Notes under the pieces: model-generated | The model's database searches: none | What the model was told of the DNA's origin: nothing | The model's input: the letters and a program-made list of their open reading frames with translations, nothing else | Translations under genes and position numbers: made by a program | Shown here: piece by piece, positions 8,141-16,635 of the stretch | How the letters are laid out: each line of letters starts with the position of its first letter | Position numbering within the stretch: the first letter of the stretch is position 1 | IMG/VR virus record: IMGVR_UViG_3300037423_000576 | Location: 1 to 39,649 of that record | Reading direction: 5' to 3' (one strand) | Source of the DNA: a virus | Lineage: Duplodnaviria; Caudoviricetes | DNA length: 39,649 nt

Positions 8141-8347
8141 TTGACCGTGATGGGGGAACTCATCACCACCGTCATCATCTGCGGCGGCGCGTTCCTCGCG
8201 CTCACCTTCATCATCCACCGCATCCTCACGCGGATCGTCTTTCCTGAGCTCAGTCATCGCCCACGCTATCCGGCGCAGGACGCGGAGACTGGCACGGTCG
8301 ATCCTTATCAGATTCGGCTCATTCATGACGGGAGCGTTACCAAATGA
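8141..8347 (+). CDS. small membrane protein
   Basis: N-terminal hydrophobic helix. Confidence 0.5.
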   Translation: MTVMGELITTVIICGGAFLALTFIIHRILTRIVFPELSHRPRYPAQDAETGTVDPYQIRLIHDGSVTK

Positions 8348-8805
8348 CAGCCCGACAATCTTCGGCTTCCGAGCCGATCAGTAAGGAAGTCGTCCAGTCC
8401 CGCCTTGCCCAATCGTGGTCACGGACGATCGCCGCGCAGTTCAAGGGCAACAAGACCGCGTTTGCTGCCAAGGTCGGCTGTCACCCCGACACAGTTTCAA
8501 ACGCTCTGGCGGGCAATACGGTCCCCGAGTTCCACACCGTGCTCAACTCGCTTCTCGCGTGTCCCAACGCGCTTGACGAAGCGCTGTCGCTCTACGGCTT
8601 GCAGCTGGTCCCGCGCGACATGGAGCTTTCGCCGGACATGCAGACGCTCCACCATCTGAGCAAAGCACTGGCGGAGTTCGTGGACGTGCTCCGCGACGGC
8701 AAGCGCACCCACCAGGAGACGCTCGAACTCGCCGAAGAGTTCCGCCCGGTCGTCGCTGCACTGACGGCCATCATCCATGAAGCGGAAGGGCTCAAAGCGG
8801 CATGA
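8344..8805 (+). CDS. CII-like HTH regulatory protein
   Basis: KTAFAAKVGCHPDTVSNAL HTH; position downstream of cro. Confidence 0.6.
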   Translation: MTARQSSASEPISKEVVQSRLAQSWSRTIAAQFKGNKTAFAAKVGCHPDTVSNALAGNTVPEFHTVLNSLLACPNALDEALSLYGLQLVPRDMELSPDMQTLHHLSKALAEFVDVLRDGKRTHQETLELAEEFRPVVAALTAIIHEAEGLKAA

Positions 8806-8896
8806 TTCAATTGGCGGCGTACCTCGCCCAGCACCCCTTCCTCTGTCAACTCGCGGTCGTCCTGACCAGCATCATCTGCGCGGCGAAGAGTTAGCC

Positions 8897-9202
8897 GTGA
8901 GCGGGGGAAGATCACCAGCGCAAAAGGGGTACAGACTGGAAAACCAGACGCGTCTGTACCTCTGCGAAGCGGGGCTGGATTGCAAGCGCGTCCCACTATC
9001 CGGTGCCGGCGACGAGAAGGGCGACCTCCGCCTTGTCACCGGCTGGGGACAGACGCTCAAAGGAGAGTGCAAGTCACGCAAGAAGCTTGCCGACTGGCTT
9101 TGTAATGCGCTCGGAGAAAACGATTTCGTAGTCCTCAAAGAGGATCGCCGCGAGCCGATGGTGATGCTGCGCCTCTCCACCTTTCGGGACATGGCGCAAT
9201 GA
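8897..9202 (+). CDS. Hjc-like Holliday junction resolvase (PD-(D/E)xK)
   Basis: KGYRLE...RVPLSGA...KGDL...ECKSRK. Confidence 0.75.
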   Translation: MSGGRSPAQKGYRLENQTRLYLCEAGLDCKRVPLSGAGDEKGDLRLVTGWGQTLKGECKSRKKLADWLCNALGENDFVVLKEDRREPMVMLRLSTFRDMAQ

Positions 9203-9405
9203 TCGCCCGCCCTCTCTTCGACAGCCTCCAGAACGCTGTTCGCGCCGCAATCCTGGAGGGCAATTCCATCTCGGACATCAACCCGATGAAGTGGTCGATG
9301 ACCTACGGCAACTGCGGCGTCGAGCATGTGCGCACCGTGTGGGAGCGCATCCAGTGTCAGATGACCATGCTCCCCAACAACTCATTCGACACCGAAGGAA
9401 AATAA
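9199..9405 (+). CDS. hypothetical protein
   Basis: coupled ORF. Confidence 0.55.
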   Translation: MIARPLFDSLQNAVRAAILEGNSISDINPMKWSMTYGNCGVEHVRTVWERIQCQMTMLPNNSFDTEGK

Positions 9406-9759
9406 ATGAGCTTCGCCGTCCCGTCAGTCAACATGGCCCCACGCGCTAACCGCGCAGCTGGCGGGGCGGCGATACGCATAGCGGATATTCAGCGGGTGGT
9501 GGCCGATCGCTACGGCGTCCCGCTGAGCATCATGCGCATACCCGATGGTGTCGGTTCTCGTCGAGCCGCCCACGTCAAGCCGCGGCAGATCGCCATGTGC
9601 CTCGCAGCCAGGCTCAGCGAGCACAGCCTCAACCGCATCGGAGACTTCTTCGGCGGCCGCGATCACACCACCGTGATCCACGCCAACAGAAAGATCCAGG
9701 CCGATCCCCTCCTTCAGTGCGAGCTCCGCTGGATCACGATGGAGCTGCTGGGGAGATGA
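9406..9759 (+). CDS. stand-alone DnaA C-terminal (domain IV) protein
   Basis: IQRVVADRY...PRQIAMCLA...[24 protein letters not shown]. Confidence 0.9.
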   Translation: MSFAVPSVNMAPRANRAAGGAAIRIADIQRVVADRYGVPLSIMRIPDGVGSRRAAHVKPRQIAMCLAARLSEHSLNRIGDFFGGRDHTTVIHANRKIQADPLLQCELRWITMELLGR

Positions 9760-10571
9760 CCCGGTGGTTCCGCTTCTACAGCGAGGCCTTGGAAGACCCC
9801 AAGGTACAGCGCCTCGACGGAGAAACCTTCAAGGCATGGGTCAATCTCCTATGCCTCGCCGCTAAAAATTCTGGCCGCCTTCCACCGGTTGAAGACGTGG
9901 CCTTTGCGCTGCGGATCGGCGCAGATGCGGCGCAAGCGCTGCTAGATAGGCTGTTTAACGCGTCACTTCTCGACAGATCAAAGAGCGGTTCCGGCTTTCG
10001 CTATGCGCCGCACGGATGGCAAGAAAGGCAATACAAATCAGACACTTCTACTGAACGGGTGAAACGTTTCAGGCAACGTTCCGAAACGGTTACCGAAACG
10101 CCCCCAGATACAGAAACAGAGAACAGAATCAGAGCAGAAAAGAAAGAGGCTGTCGCCTCGTGTTTGAAAGTTGCCTTTTCTTTTGATCCTCCTCTCGGGG
10201 TTTCTGACGAACAGTGGGAAGCCTTTTCAGGCCAGCGCAAGAAGAAGCTCAACGAACGCTCCTACCTCCTGCTTACCAACAAGTTGATCAAACTCTCAGC
10301 CCAGGGCCACGATCCCGGCGAGCTGATCGACCTCGCGATTGAAAATGGTTGGGAAACGGTGTGGCCGCCTCGCCAACAGCGTGAGACGCCGAAGCAATAT
10401 GTCTCTGCCAGCGGGTACGCCTACCGCGGCGACCTAGACCAGGTTCAGCGCGAAGCTCGCCGGCGCAACGACAACGACACCTACTGGCAGGTTGAGGTCG
10501 ATCGCAAGCGCCAAGCTCAATCGGCGGGCGAGGCGGTGGGCGAGATCATGAGGAGGGTGGCCAATGGCTAA
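9756..10571 (+). CDS. phage replication initiator-like protein
   Basis: WFRFY...DPKVQRL...[19 protein letters not shown], low-complexity linker; start 9756. Confidence 0.75.
   Translation: MTRWFRFYSEALEDPKVQRLDGETFKAWVNLLCLAAKNSGRLPPVEDVAFALRIGADAAQALLDRLFNASLLDRSKSGSGFRYAPHGWQERQYKSDTSTERVKRFRQRSETVTETPPDTETENRIRAEKKEAVASCLKVAFSFDPPLGVSDEQWEAFSGQRKKKLNERSYLLLTNKLIKLSAQGHDPGELIDLAIENGWETVWPPRQQRETPKQYVSASGYAYRGDLDQVQREARRRNDNDTYWQVEVDRKRQAQSAGEAVGEIMRRVANG
10058..10148. repeat. putative replication origin iterons within initiator gene
   Basis: GAAACG/CAACG repeats followed by A-rich CAGA repeats. Confidence 0.5.
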
Positions 10572-10716
10572 TGCCCCGTCTGGACGGCCGTACACGGCGA
10601 TGGAGTGGGCGAGAATGGCTCGCGCCAAAGGTCTGCTGAAGCATGAATCGGCGTGGTTGGCGGAAGCGAAACGCCGGGGCGAGATCCCGAGCTATGGCGA
10701 GAAGGACGAGCTGTGA
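10564..10716 (+). CDS. hypothetical protein (50 aa, not in ORF track)
   Basis: [20 protein letters not shown]..., coupled. Confidence 0.5.
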   Translation: MANAPSGRPYTAMEWARMARAKGLLKHESAWLAEAKRRGEIPSYGEKDEL

Positions 10717-10892
10717 CCTACGGCCTTCCTCCCGAGAAGAAAGCGGAGAGGGTGGCCGACCTGCGGGCGGAATTGAAGTTCCTCGTTCATCACCATCAGA
10801 CGGTTGGAGCGAGGATTACAGAGCTGAAGGCGATTTTGACCGAGTGTTTCGATGTTCCTTGGGAATGGTGGAGGGTGGATCATGGCTCGTAG
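10713..10892 (+). CDS. hypothetical protein
   Basis: GTGA overlap, coiled-coil-like. Confidence 0.5.
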   Translation: MTYGLPPEKKAERVADLRAELKFLVHHHQTVGARITELKAILTECFDVPWEWWRVDHGS

Positions 10893-11187
10893 GATCGAGA
10901 TTGAGATTGACGATGATCTGGCCGATCGGCTGTCAGCAGATTCTCCGAGCGATAAACTAGACCCATCGCTTTTGCCCGCCCGCGTCGAGGAACTGGTCCG
11001 CCGCTACAGTGATCGGCCTAAGCTGCTCGAACCGAAGCACGAGATCGCGCTGGCGCTGCTGCGCGCCGATCTAACGAGGCAGGCGGTGCAGTGCGCCAAG
11101 CCCGGCGAGGATGCATGGAATCTCAACCAAAGGGTGAACGACATGTTAACCCACATCGTCGCGGGAGGGGCATATTATGGCTGGTAA
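10882..11187 (+). CDS. hypothetical protein, possible ribbon-helix-helix N-terminus
   Basis: MARRIEIEIDDDLADRL. Confidence 0.55.
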   Translation: MARRIEIEIDDDLADRLSADSPSDKLDPSLLPARVEELVRRYSDRPKLLEPKHEIALALLRADLTRQAVQCAKPGEDAWNLNQRVNDMLTHIVAGGAYYGW

Positions 11188-11407
11188 GCGCGGCAGGTAC
11201 GGACTGATTGTCGCATCGCTCGCTTTCTCCGGATGCTCACCCGATGAGCGTGGCTCACTCGGATACTGTGACAACATGAAAACCGGAGAACGCGTCACGT
11301 TGGTTGGTCGCAACCTTAGCTATTGGTTTTTGCGTGACGCTAAAGGCCGAAATTTCACGGTGGAACCGACCGGAGACTGGCGGTGCGCGGAGACGAACAG
11401 TGGCTAA
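11177..11407 (+). CDS. putative lipoprotein
   Basis: basic N-terminus, hydrophobic stretch, FSGC lipobox-like. Confidence 0.5.
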   Translation: MAGKRGRYGLIVASLAFSGCSPDERGSLGYCDNMKTGERVTLVGRNLSYWFLRDAKGRNFTVEPTGDWRCAETNSG

Positions 11408-11618
11408 AAAGGACCGCCTCGCGAAGGGCTACGCCGTTACCGTTGTTCTCGACCTCGGTAATGGCAACATAGCGCATTCACTCCAAGTCATTCCCGGTGG
11501 CGATGAGGAGGCGGCAAAAAACCGCCTAGCTGGCTATGCGGCACGCAAGCACCCCGGAGGCAAAATGGCAAGCGTTCTTGCTTCACCCATATTCGCGGAG
11601 GCTGACAATGGCTCGTAA
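11400..11618 (+). CDS. hypothetical protein
   Basis: coupled ORF, GTG start. Confidence 0.5.
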   Translation: MAKKDRLAKGYAVTVVLDLGNGNIAHSLQVIPGGDEEAAKNRLAGYAARKHPGGKMASVLASPIFAEADNGS

Positions 11619-12246
11619 GCGCGGCAGACCTCGCAAGGATGGACCCAGAGATTCACACGGGCGATTGATCCGCGATGGCAAGTTCACCCCTCCACCGGAT
11701 CATATCGTTGCACGGAGGAAGCTGTTCTCGTTCGTCACCCCGACGAAAGCCCCAGATGGACGGGTGGGAGAGATCGACCAGGACATCTGTGACGGGATCG
11801 GTCAGTTCCACGCTCTCGGACTGTTGGACGGGCACGGGGTTGACGCGCTTGAATTGAGGAACGCCGGCAGGGAGTGGCGGGACTGGTTCACCACCCTCCT
11901 CAGGAGGCAAGGATACAAGGGAGGCGGTTATGAGCGAATGGACAAAGCCAGAGAACGCGAGCCTAGACACAACGAACGACTGGATAGGATGGATAGCGTA
12001 CTCACCGGTTTCGAGCGGTCAGCTATGTATTCCCTCCTCATCGATCCGGTGGTCGGCTCGTGGCCACTCGGCGAAAGTGACGCACCCTGGGTCCGCTCCA
12101 TCATCGGAGAAGCCCTGATCCAACGGGGAAAGCTCCCCGAGTTCGTCCGTATGCCCGATATGAACGACCGCGCATTATTGGCTGCGGCAATACGGGGACT
12201 GGTGGCGATTGTGGATGCAGCGACAACGAGGAGGCTGGCAGCGTAA
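11608..12246 (+). CDS. putative late-gene regulator (Q-position protein)
   Basis: AT-hook-like RGRPRK N-terminus; last large early gene before the late promoter (positional inference). Confidence 0.5.
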   Translation: MARKRGRPRKDGPRDSHGRLIRDGKFTPPPDHIVARRKLFSFVTPTKAPDGRVGEIDQDICDGIGQFHALGLLDGHGVDALELRNAGREWRDWFTTLLRRQGYKGGGYERMDKAREREPRHNERLDRMDSVLTGFERSAMYSLLIDPVVGSWPLGESDAPWVRSIIGEALIQRGKLPEFVRMPDMNDRALLAAAIRGLVAIVDAATTRRLAA

Positions 12247-12494
12247 TGGGTCACTGGAATCACCGCGTTATGCGACGCAAGACAGCCTGCGGCCCAGAGC
12301 GGGATATTGACTGGTACACCATCCACGAGGTTTTCTATGGCGAGGACGGTTCGCTAAGCTGGACCGAGGACGAAATTGCGCCCGCCGGAGAGAGCGTAGA
12401 CGAGTTGCGCGAGACCTTGCAGCGCATGATCGCGGCCCTCGAAAAGCCCGTGCTCGATTACGACGCTGAGAAAGACCACACAACCAACGCCTAA
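12246..12494 (+). CDS. conserved phage hypothetical protein
   Basis: WNHRV...IHEVFY...GESVDELRETLQRM.AALEKPVL. Confidence 0.7.
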   Translation: MGHWNHRVMRRKTACGPERDIDWYTIHEVFYGEDGSLSWTEDEIAPAGESVDELRETLQRMIAALEKPVLDYDAEKDHTTNA

Positions 12495-12535
12495 GAATCG
12501 TTCTCGTTCCGTACTCCATTTGATCACGATACGAA

Positions 12536-12564
12536 TTGACGAACCTATTTTTGTGTGCCATAGT
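12536..12564 (+). promoter_or_regulatory. putative late promoter
   Basis: TTGACG-17bp-CATAGT in an AT-rich intergenic gap; LexA-like GTTC-N7-GTAC at 12500-12514. Confidence 0.6.
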
Positions 12565-12623
12565 GGAATTGTGGGGATTGTGCCTAGCGCGCGTCCCTAA
12601 CCCCAAAATCGACAGGACCACGC

Positions 12624-12842
12624 ATGTTGCACGCCAAGATAGGCCGCGACCTCGTGGACCTATTTGCCGATCAGCCAGACCGCGTTGCGGGGGAGCTGGA
12701 AGCGATCCGCACCGAAATATACTTTCGGACGCTCTTGGTTGAGGAAAAGGCGCGCGTTCGCGCCCAGTGCAGCCCCCTGATCGCCGCCTACCTCGCACGA
12801 GGAGGCCAGATCACACGCTGCACATATGTCCAGAGCTCGTAA
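12624..12842 (+). CDS. hypothetical protein
   Basis: SD AGGA; LIAAYLARGGQITRC. Confidence 0.55.
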   Translation: MLHAKIGRDLVDLFADQPDRVAGELEAIRTEIYFRTLLVEEKARVRAQCSPLIAAYLARGGQITRCTYVQSS

Positions 12843-13140
12843 GGCTCTCATTGTCCGAAAGGCGCGTCCAGTGTCCGAAACCGCGTCACAGATCGCCGAT
12901 GGTCTGCATGACGTGGCTGATGGCCTGCATGTAATAGCGGGCGTTCTCGCATGGTGCGCAGCGGGGACGCATTCCGACACTCACGGACGGCAGAAGGAAA
13001 TGGCCGCGGTAATCCTTCGGTTCGCCAAAGAGGGGTTTTTCTCGACCAAGGTTGACGGAGTGAAGGTCTCACAGGCCGACGCCGACCAGGCCCAGGCGAT
13101 GTTCCTCAAGCTGTTCCCATCGGCGGGCAAGAGGCGGTGA
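12826..13140 (+). CDS. hypothetical protein
   Basis: ORF track. Confidence 0.5.
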   Translation: MSRARKALIVRKARPVSETASQIADGLHDVADGLHVIAGVLAWCAAGTHSDTHGRQKEMAAVILRFAKEGFFSTKVDGVKVSQADADQAQAMFLKLFPSAGKRR

Positions 13141-13400
13141 AGCTCGTTCACGACGCAGATAACGTCGAAGAGCTCCCGGTATACAATTTCCAGGACATTG
13201 CTGGGTGTGCCCGCCGGTTCGCTGATCAGCTGGACGCCGGCGAACTGCCTGATCTTATCCGGGCCATTGTGGTGGTCCACACGCCCGAGGGAATCGGGAT
13301 CAACGTCTGGGGCGAAAACTCAGACGGATATGAGCTTTTGGGCCTGCTCGAAGCGGCCAAGGTCCGCGCTTACGAGGCCAACGTTCTCGACGAAGATTAA
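13137..13400 (+). CDS. hypothetical protein
   Basis: GTGA coupling; ELLGLLEAAK. Confidence 0.65.
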   Translation: MKLVHDADNVEELPVYNFQDIAGCARRFADQLDAGELPDLIRAIVVVHTPEGIGINVWGENSDGYELLGLLEAAKVRAYEANVLDED

Positions 13401-13409
13401 GGTGGAAAC

Positions 13410-13784
13410 ATGGCGAAATTCGCTCACTCGGACGTAATCGACGGCGCGCTGAACGTCATCAAGAACAACTGCACCCGCATGACCCTGTGTTCTGCGCAGC
13501 CCACCACTTACACCGAGGGCAATGCCACCTTCATGCTCGGCTCGGTCACGATGGCGTCGGGCGATTTCACGGTGGCCAACGGCGACACGTCGGGTCGCAA
13601 GATCACGGTGGCCGCGAAGACCAGCATCCCCGTCACCAATGCGGGGACCGGAACGCACGTCGCCCTGCTTGACGTGACCAACTCCAAGCTGCTGTTCGTG
13701 ACCACCTGCACGTCTCAGGCAGTGTCCGGCGGCGGCACCTTCGACATCGGATCGTGGAAAGACGAAATAGCTAGCCCGAGCTAA
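13410..13784 (+). CDS. small virion structural subunit (fibre module 1)
   Basis: 124 aa, Thr/Ser/Gly-rich beta protein; TAATG-coupled to next gene. Confidence 0.7.
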   Translation: MAKFAHSDVIDGALNVIKNNCTRMTLCSAQPTTYTEGNATFMLGSVTMASGDFTVANGDTSGRKITVAAKTSIPVTNAGTGTHVALLDVTNSKLLFVTTCTSQAVSGGGTFDIGSWKDEIASPS

Positions 13785-16219
13785 TGGGCACCTTCTCCGG
13801 GATCACGGCGGGCAATGTCACCACCGTATCCACTTATTCCTCCATCGGGATCGAGATCAACGCCGGGTCTGGCGCTGGTTTAGCCAATCCACCTACCACC
13901 TCCAACACCAACGGACGCTGGGGCGGCTGCCGGCTGCAATACCGGGTTTCCGGGGTCGGGTCATACAAGGATGCGATTGATCTTCCCTACGACCAGGGGG
14001 GAACGCGGGGCGGGGTATCGCTTCCGGCGCAGTACCGGGGATCTCTGCTCCTCTGTAACGCAGGGACCACCTACGACCTCAAGGTCACTCACGACGACGG
14101 GACGAGCTACACCTTCACCGCCTCAACGCGAACTGACGTAGCCAACCTTCCCGTTGCGCAGACGATCACCCTCCCCGCCCTAACGCAGAGCATTTACAAC
14201 GCGAATACCGGCGGGACCGCTGGGGGATATGTCCTCTACACCGGGGCCCCCGGAGTCACCCCGGTCATCGACGCGGGGCATATCCGCAATTATTGCATGA
14301 GGGTCGGTTCGACCGGTTCCGCCGTCGAATATGTGATCTTCCGCAACATCAAATTCACGGGCGCCGTTCTCCACTGCGTTCTTTTGGGTTCGACCGATAG
14401 CTCGAACAGCCAGACGCTCACAAACATCATCTTCGACAATTGTGAGTTCACCGACTGGGGCTCGCCTCCACCGGCATTTCCGAACAGCCCCTATTGCGAC
14501 AACCTGCTCAGCGCGATCTTCTGCCTTTCGAGCAACCTTCAGAACGTCACCGTTCAGCGGTGCCACATCCACGATCCCGCAATGGGGTCGAACACCTGGT
14601 ATGTCGATGAGGGCGACAACCCCGCTGTCTCGGGAACGACGACCCAGCACCCCGAGGGTCCGCAGGCGTTCAGCCTTCGCGATTCCAAGGGCGGGCACGT
14701 CATCCGCTACAACACCATTGAAGCGTCGGTTAGCAACCACTTCAACGATTCGATGGGCGACACGTCCAACTTCTCGGACGGCGGTTATCCCTGCCAGAAT
14801 ACCGACATTCACCACAACATCATTCGGTACACCTGGGACGATGGGATCGAGATCGAGGGCCGCGATAAGAACATCCGTATCTGGAACAACATCTTTGACG
14901 AGGTGTATCACGGGATTGGCCTCGCTCCTGTCTTAAGAGGTCCGGTTTACATCTGGGGCAATGTCGGACGGATCAGCAAGTCGGGAACTAAACGGGACCG
15001 CGGCCAGAACTTTCTCAAGTGGCGCCGGACCCAATCCTCTGGGGGAACGGACTACAGCGGCGGGCACGTCTTTTTCTTCAACAACACAACGCTTCCTCGG
15101 GTAAGTTCCACCAGTCAGGGGTTCAAGCAGCTCTACGCCGAAGAGGAGGCGCTGGACTCGATCCGCAACTGGCACGTCTGGAACAACGTCATCAACAACG
15201 ATGGCACGGCGGTAGCCTTTGAAGATCCGAACGGAACCAACAACGAGATCAGAAACAATCTGTTCAAGTTCGGCTGGACCACATCTTCAGAGCCCAGCGC
15301 CCTAGTCAGCGGCAACATCGACAACCGCCCGACCTACGCGACGAACACATGGAACGCCACTACCGGAGTAGGGGTGTTCCTTCAGACCAGCGGGGCGGGG
15401 TATCAGGCGGGAATCGCGGTTCCCAACGTATTTGACGGAGTGACCAACCCCGACTGCGGGGCAATGCAGCACACGCAGAGCGAAATGCGGTTCGGGCACC
15501 TCAACATGCCCGCAACCGTATCGACGGTCACTCCGACCAACGCGGCACAGGCGCAGACGGCCGCAAGCCCGGCCGTCACCGTCAGGACCGCAGTCGCTGC
15601 CAATGCGTCGCAGGGACATAGTTCAACGAGTCCCTCGGTGATCGTTCCGGCGGTCACGGCGAATAACAGCGCTCAGACACAGGCGGCAACCAGTCCCACC
15701 GTCAGTGTCGTAACGATCGCTCCGGCCAATGCGGCAGAGGGCCATACAGCTTCGTCTCCAAACATCGCAGCGAAGAGCTCGATCGTTCCGGTAAATTGTT
15801 CTCAGGCACACTCACCGACCAGCCCTACGCTGACCGTCCGCAACGTGGTGACGGCCAACGATGCAACCGAAGGACATGTCGCAACGGGGCCGGGGATCAG
15901 CGTCACTCCGCTGATCGGGGTGGATGTCGCAAGGCAGAGCCAGGCGTCATCGGATTCAACGATCCTCGCCTATTTCAATGTCGCCGCTGACAATGCGGCG
16001 ATGACCCACGCGGCTTCACAGCCGATCGTGCTGGCGGGGACGATACAGGTTTCAGACTGCGCTCAGGACAATTCAGCCGGGGCGATTCTGATCCAGGTTC
16101 CGGTGACGGCAGCGAGACACACTCGGCGGGGCTGGAACAAGCAGACATCGAGCGGAAGCTGGGGTTTCGGAAGTTCAGGGGGGGGCGGCTCATGGGGGCC
16201 GTCCACTCGGGGGAGATAA
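13784..16219 (+). CDS. parallel beta-helix (pectin-lyase-like) adhesin with C-terminal 21-aa repeats
   Basis: FN3-like N-terminus, beta-helix repeats (NIIFDNCEF, IRYNTI, IHHNII, DDGIEIEG, IWNNIF), about 9 Ala/Thr repeats, Trp/Gly tail. Confidence 0.75.
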   Translation: MGTFSGITAGNVTTVSTYSSIGIEINAGSGAGLANPPTTSNTNGRWGGCRLQYRVSGVGSYKDAIDLPYDQGGTRGGVSLPAQYRGSLLLCNAGTTYDLKVTHDDGTSYTFTASTRTDVANLPVAQTITLPALTQSIYNANTGGTAGGYVLYTGAPGVTPVIDAGHIRNYCMRVGSTGSAVEYVIFRNIKFTGAVLHCVLLGSTDSSNSQTLTNIIFDNCEFTDWGSPPPAFPNSPYCDNLLSAIFCLSSNLQNVTVQRCHIHDPAMGSNTWYVDEGDNPAVSGTTTQHPEGPQAFSLRDSKGGHVIRYNTIEASVSNHFNDSMGDTSNFSDGGYPCQNTDIHHNIIRYTWDDGIEIEGRDKNIRIWNNIFDEVYHGIGLAPVLRGPVYIWGNVGRISKSGTKRDRGQNFLKWRRTQSSGGTDYSGGHVFFFNNTTLPRVSSTSQGFKQLYAEEEALDSIRNWHVWNNVINNDGTAVAFEDPNGTNNEIRNNLFKFGWTTSSEPSALVSGNIDNRPTYATNTWNATTGVGVFLQTSGAGYQAGIAVPNVFDGVTNPDCGAMQHTQSEMRFGHLNMPATVSTVTPTNAAQAQTAASPAVTVRTAVAANASQGHSSTSPSVIVPAVTANNSAQTQAATSPTVSVVTIAPANAAEGHTASSPNIAAKSSIVPVNCSQAHSPTSPTLTVRNVVTANDATEGHVATGPGISVTPLIGVDVARQSQASSDSTILAYFNVAADNAAMTHAASQPIVLAGTIQVSDCAQDNSAGAILIQVPVTAARHTRRGWNKQTSSGSWGFGSSGGGGSWGPSTRGR
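15520..16100 (+). repeat. about 9 imperfect 21-22-aa coding repeats
   Basis: TVTPTNAAQAQTAASPAVTVR / TAVAANASQGHSSTSPSVIVP / AVTANNSAQTQAATSPTVSVV ... Confidence 0.8.
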
Positions 16220-16621
16220 ATGGCAATTCAGCTTTCGACGACGGTCCGAAATGCGATGCTCGACCAGATCGAGACCACCATTTCCACGTCACCAATCATG
16301 AAGATCCGCACTGGTGCAGCTCCGGCCAACTGCGGCACTGCGGACTCGGGCACGGTCCTCGCCACCCTTACCCTTCCATCCGACTGGCTTGCCGCCGCCG
16401 CTTCGGGTGCAAAGGCGCTTAGTGGAACGTGGCAGGACACGTCGGCCGACGCAACCGGGACCGCGGCCCACTTCCGCATCTACGATTCCGGCGGTTCGAC
16501 CTGTCACATCCAGGGAACGGTAGGGACTTCGGCCTCTGACTTGATTGTGGATTCTACCTCGTTCACTGCCGGCCAGTCGTTCACGGTTACAGCGTTCACG
16601 TTGACTGCTGGTAACGCCTAG
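16220..16621 (+). CDS. small virion structural subunit (fibre module 2)
   Basis: MAIQLSTTVRNAMLD...IRTGAAPA...VLATLTLP...ADATGTAAHFRI. Confidence 0.7.
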   Translation: MAIQLSTTVRNAMLDQIETTISTSPIMKIRTGAAPANCGTADSGTVLATLTLPSDWLAAAASGAKALSGTWQDTSADATGTAAHFRIYDSGGSTCHIQGTVGTSASDLIVDSTSFTAGQSFTVTAFTLTAGNA

Positions 16622-16635
16622 GCGGGAGCCCGCCG

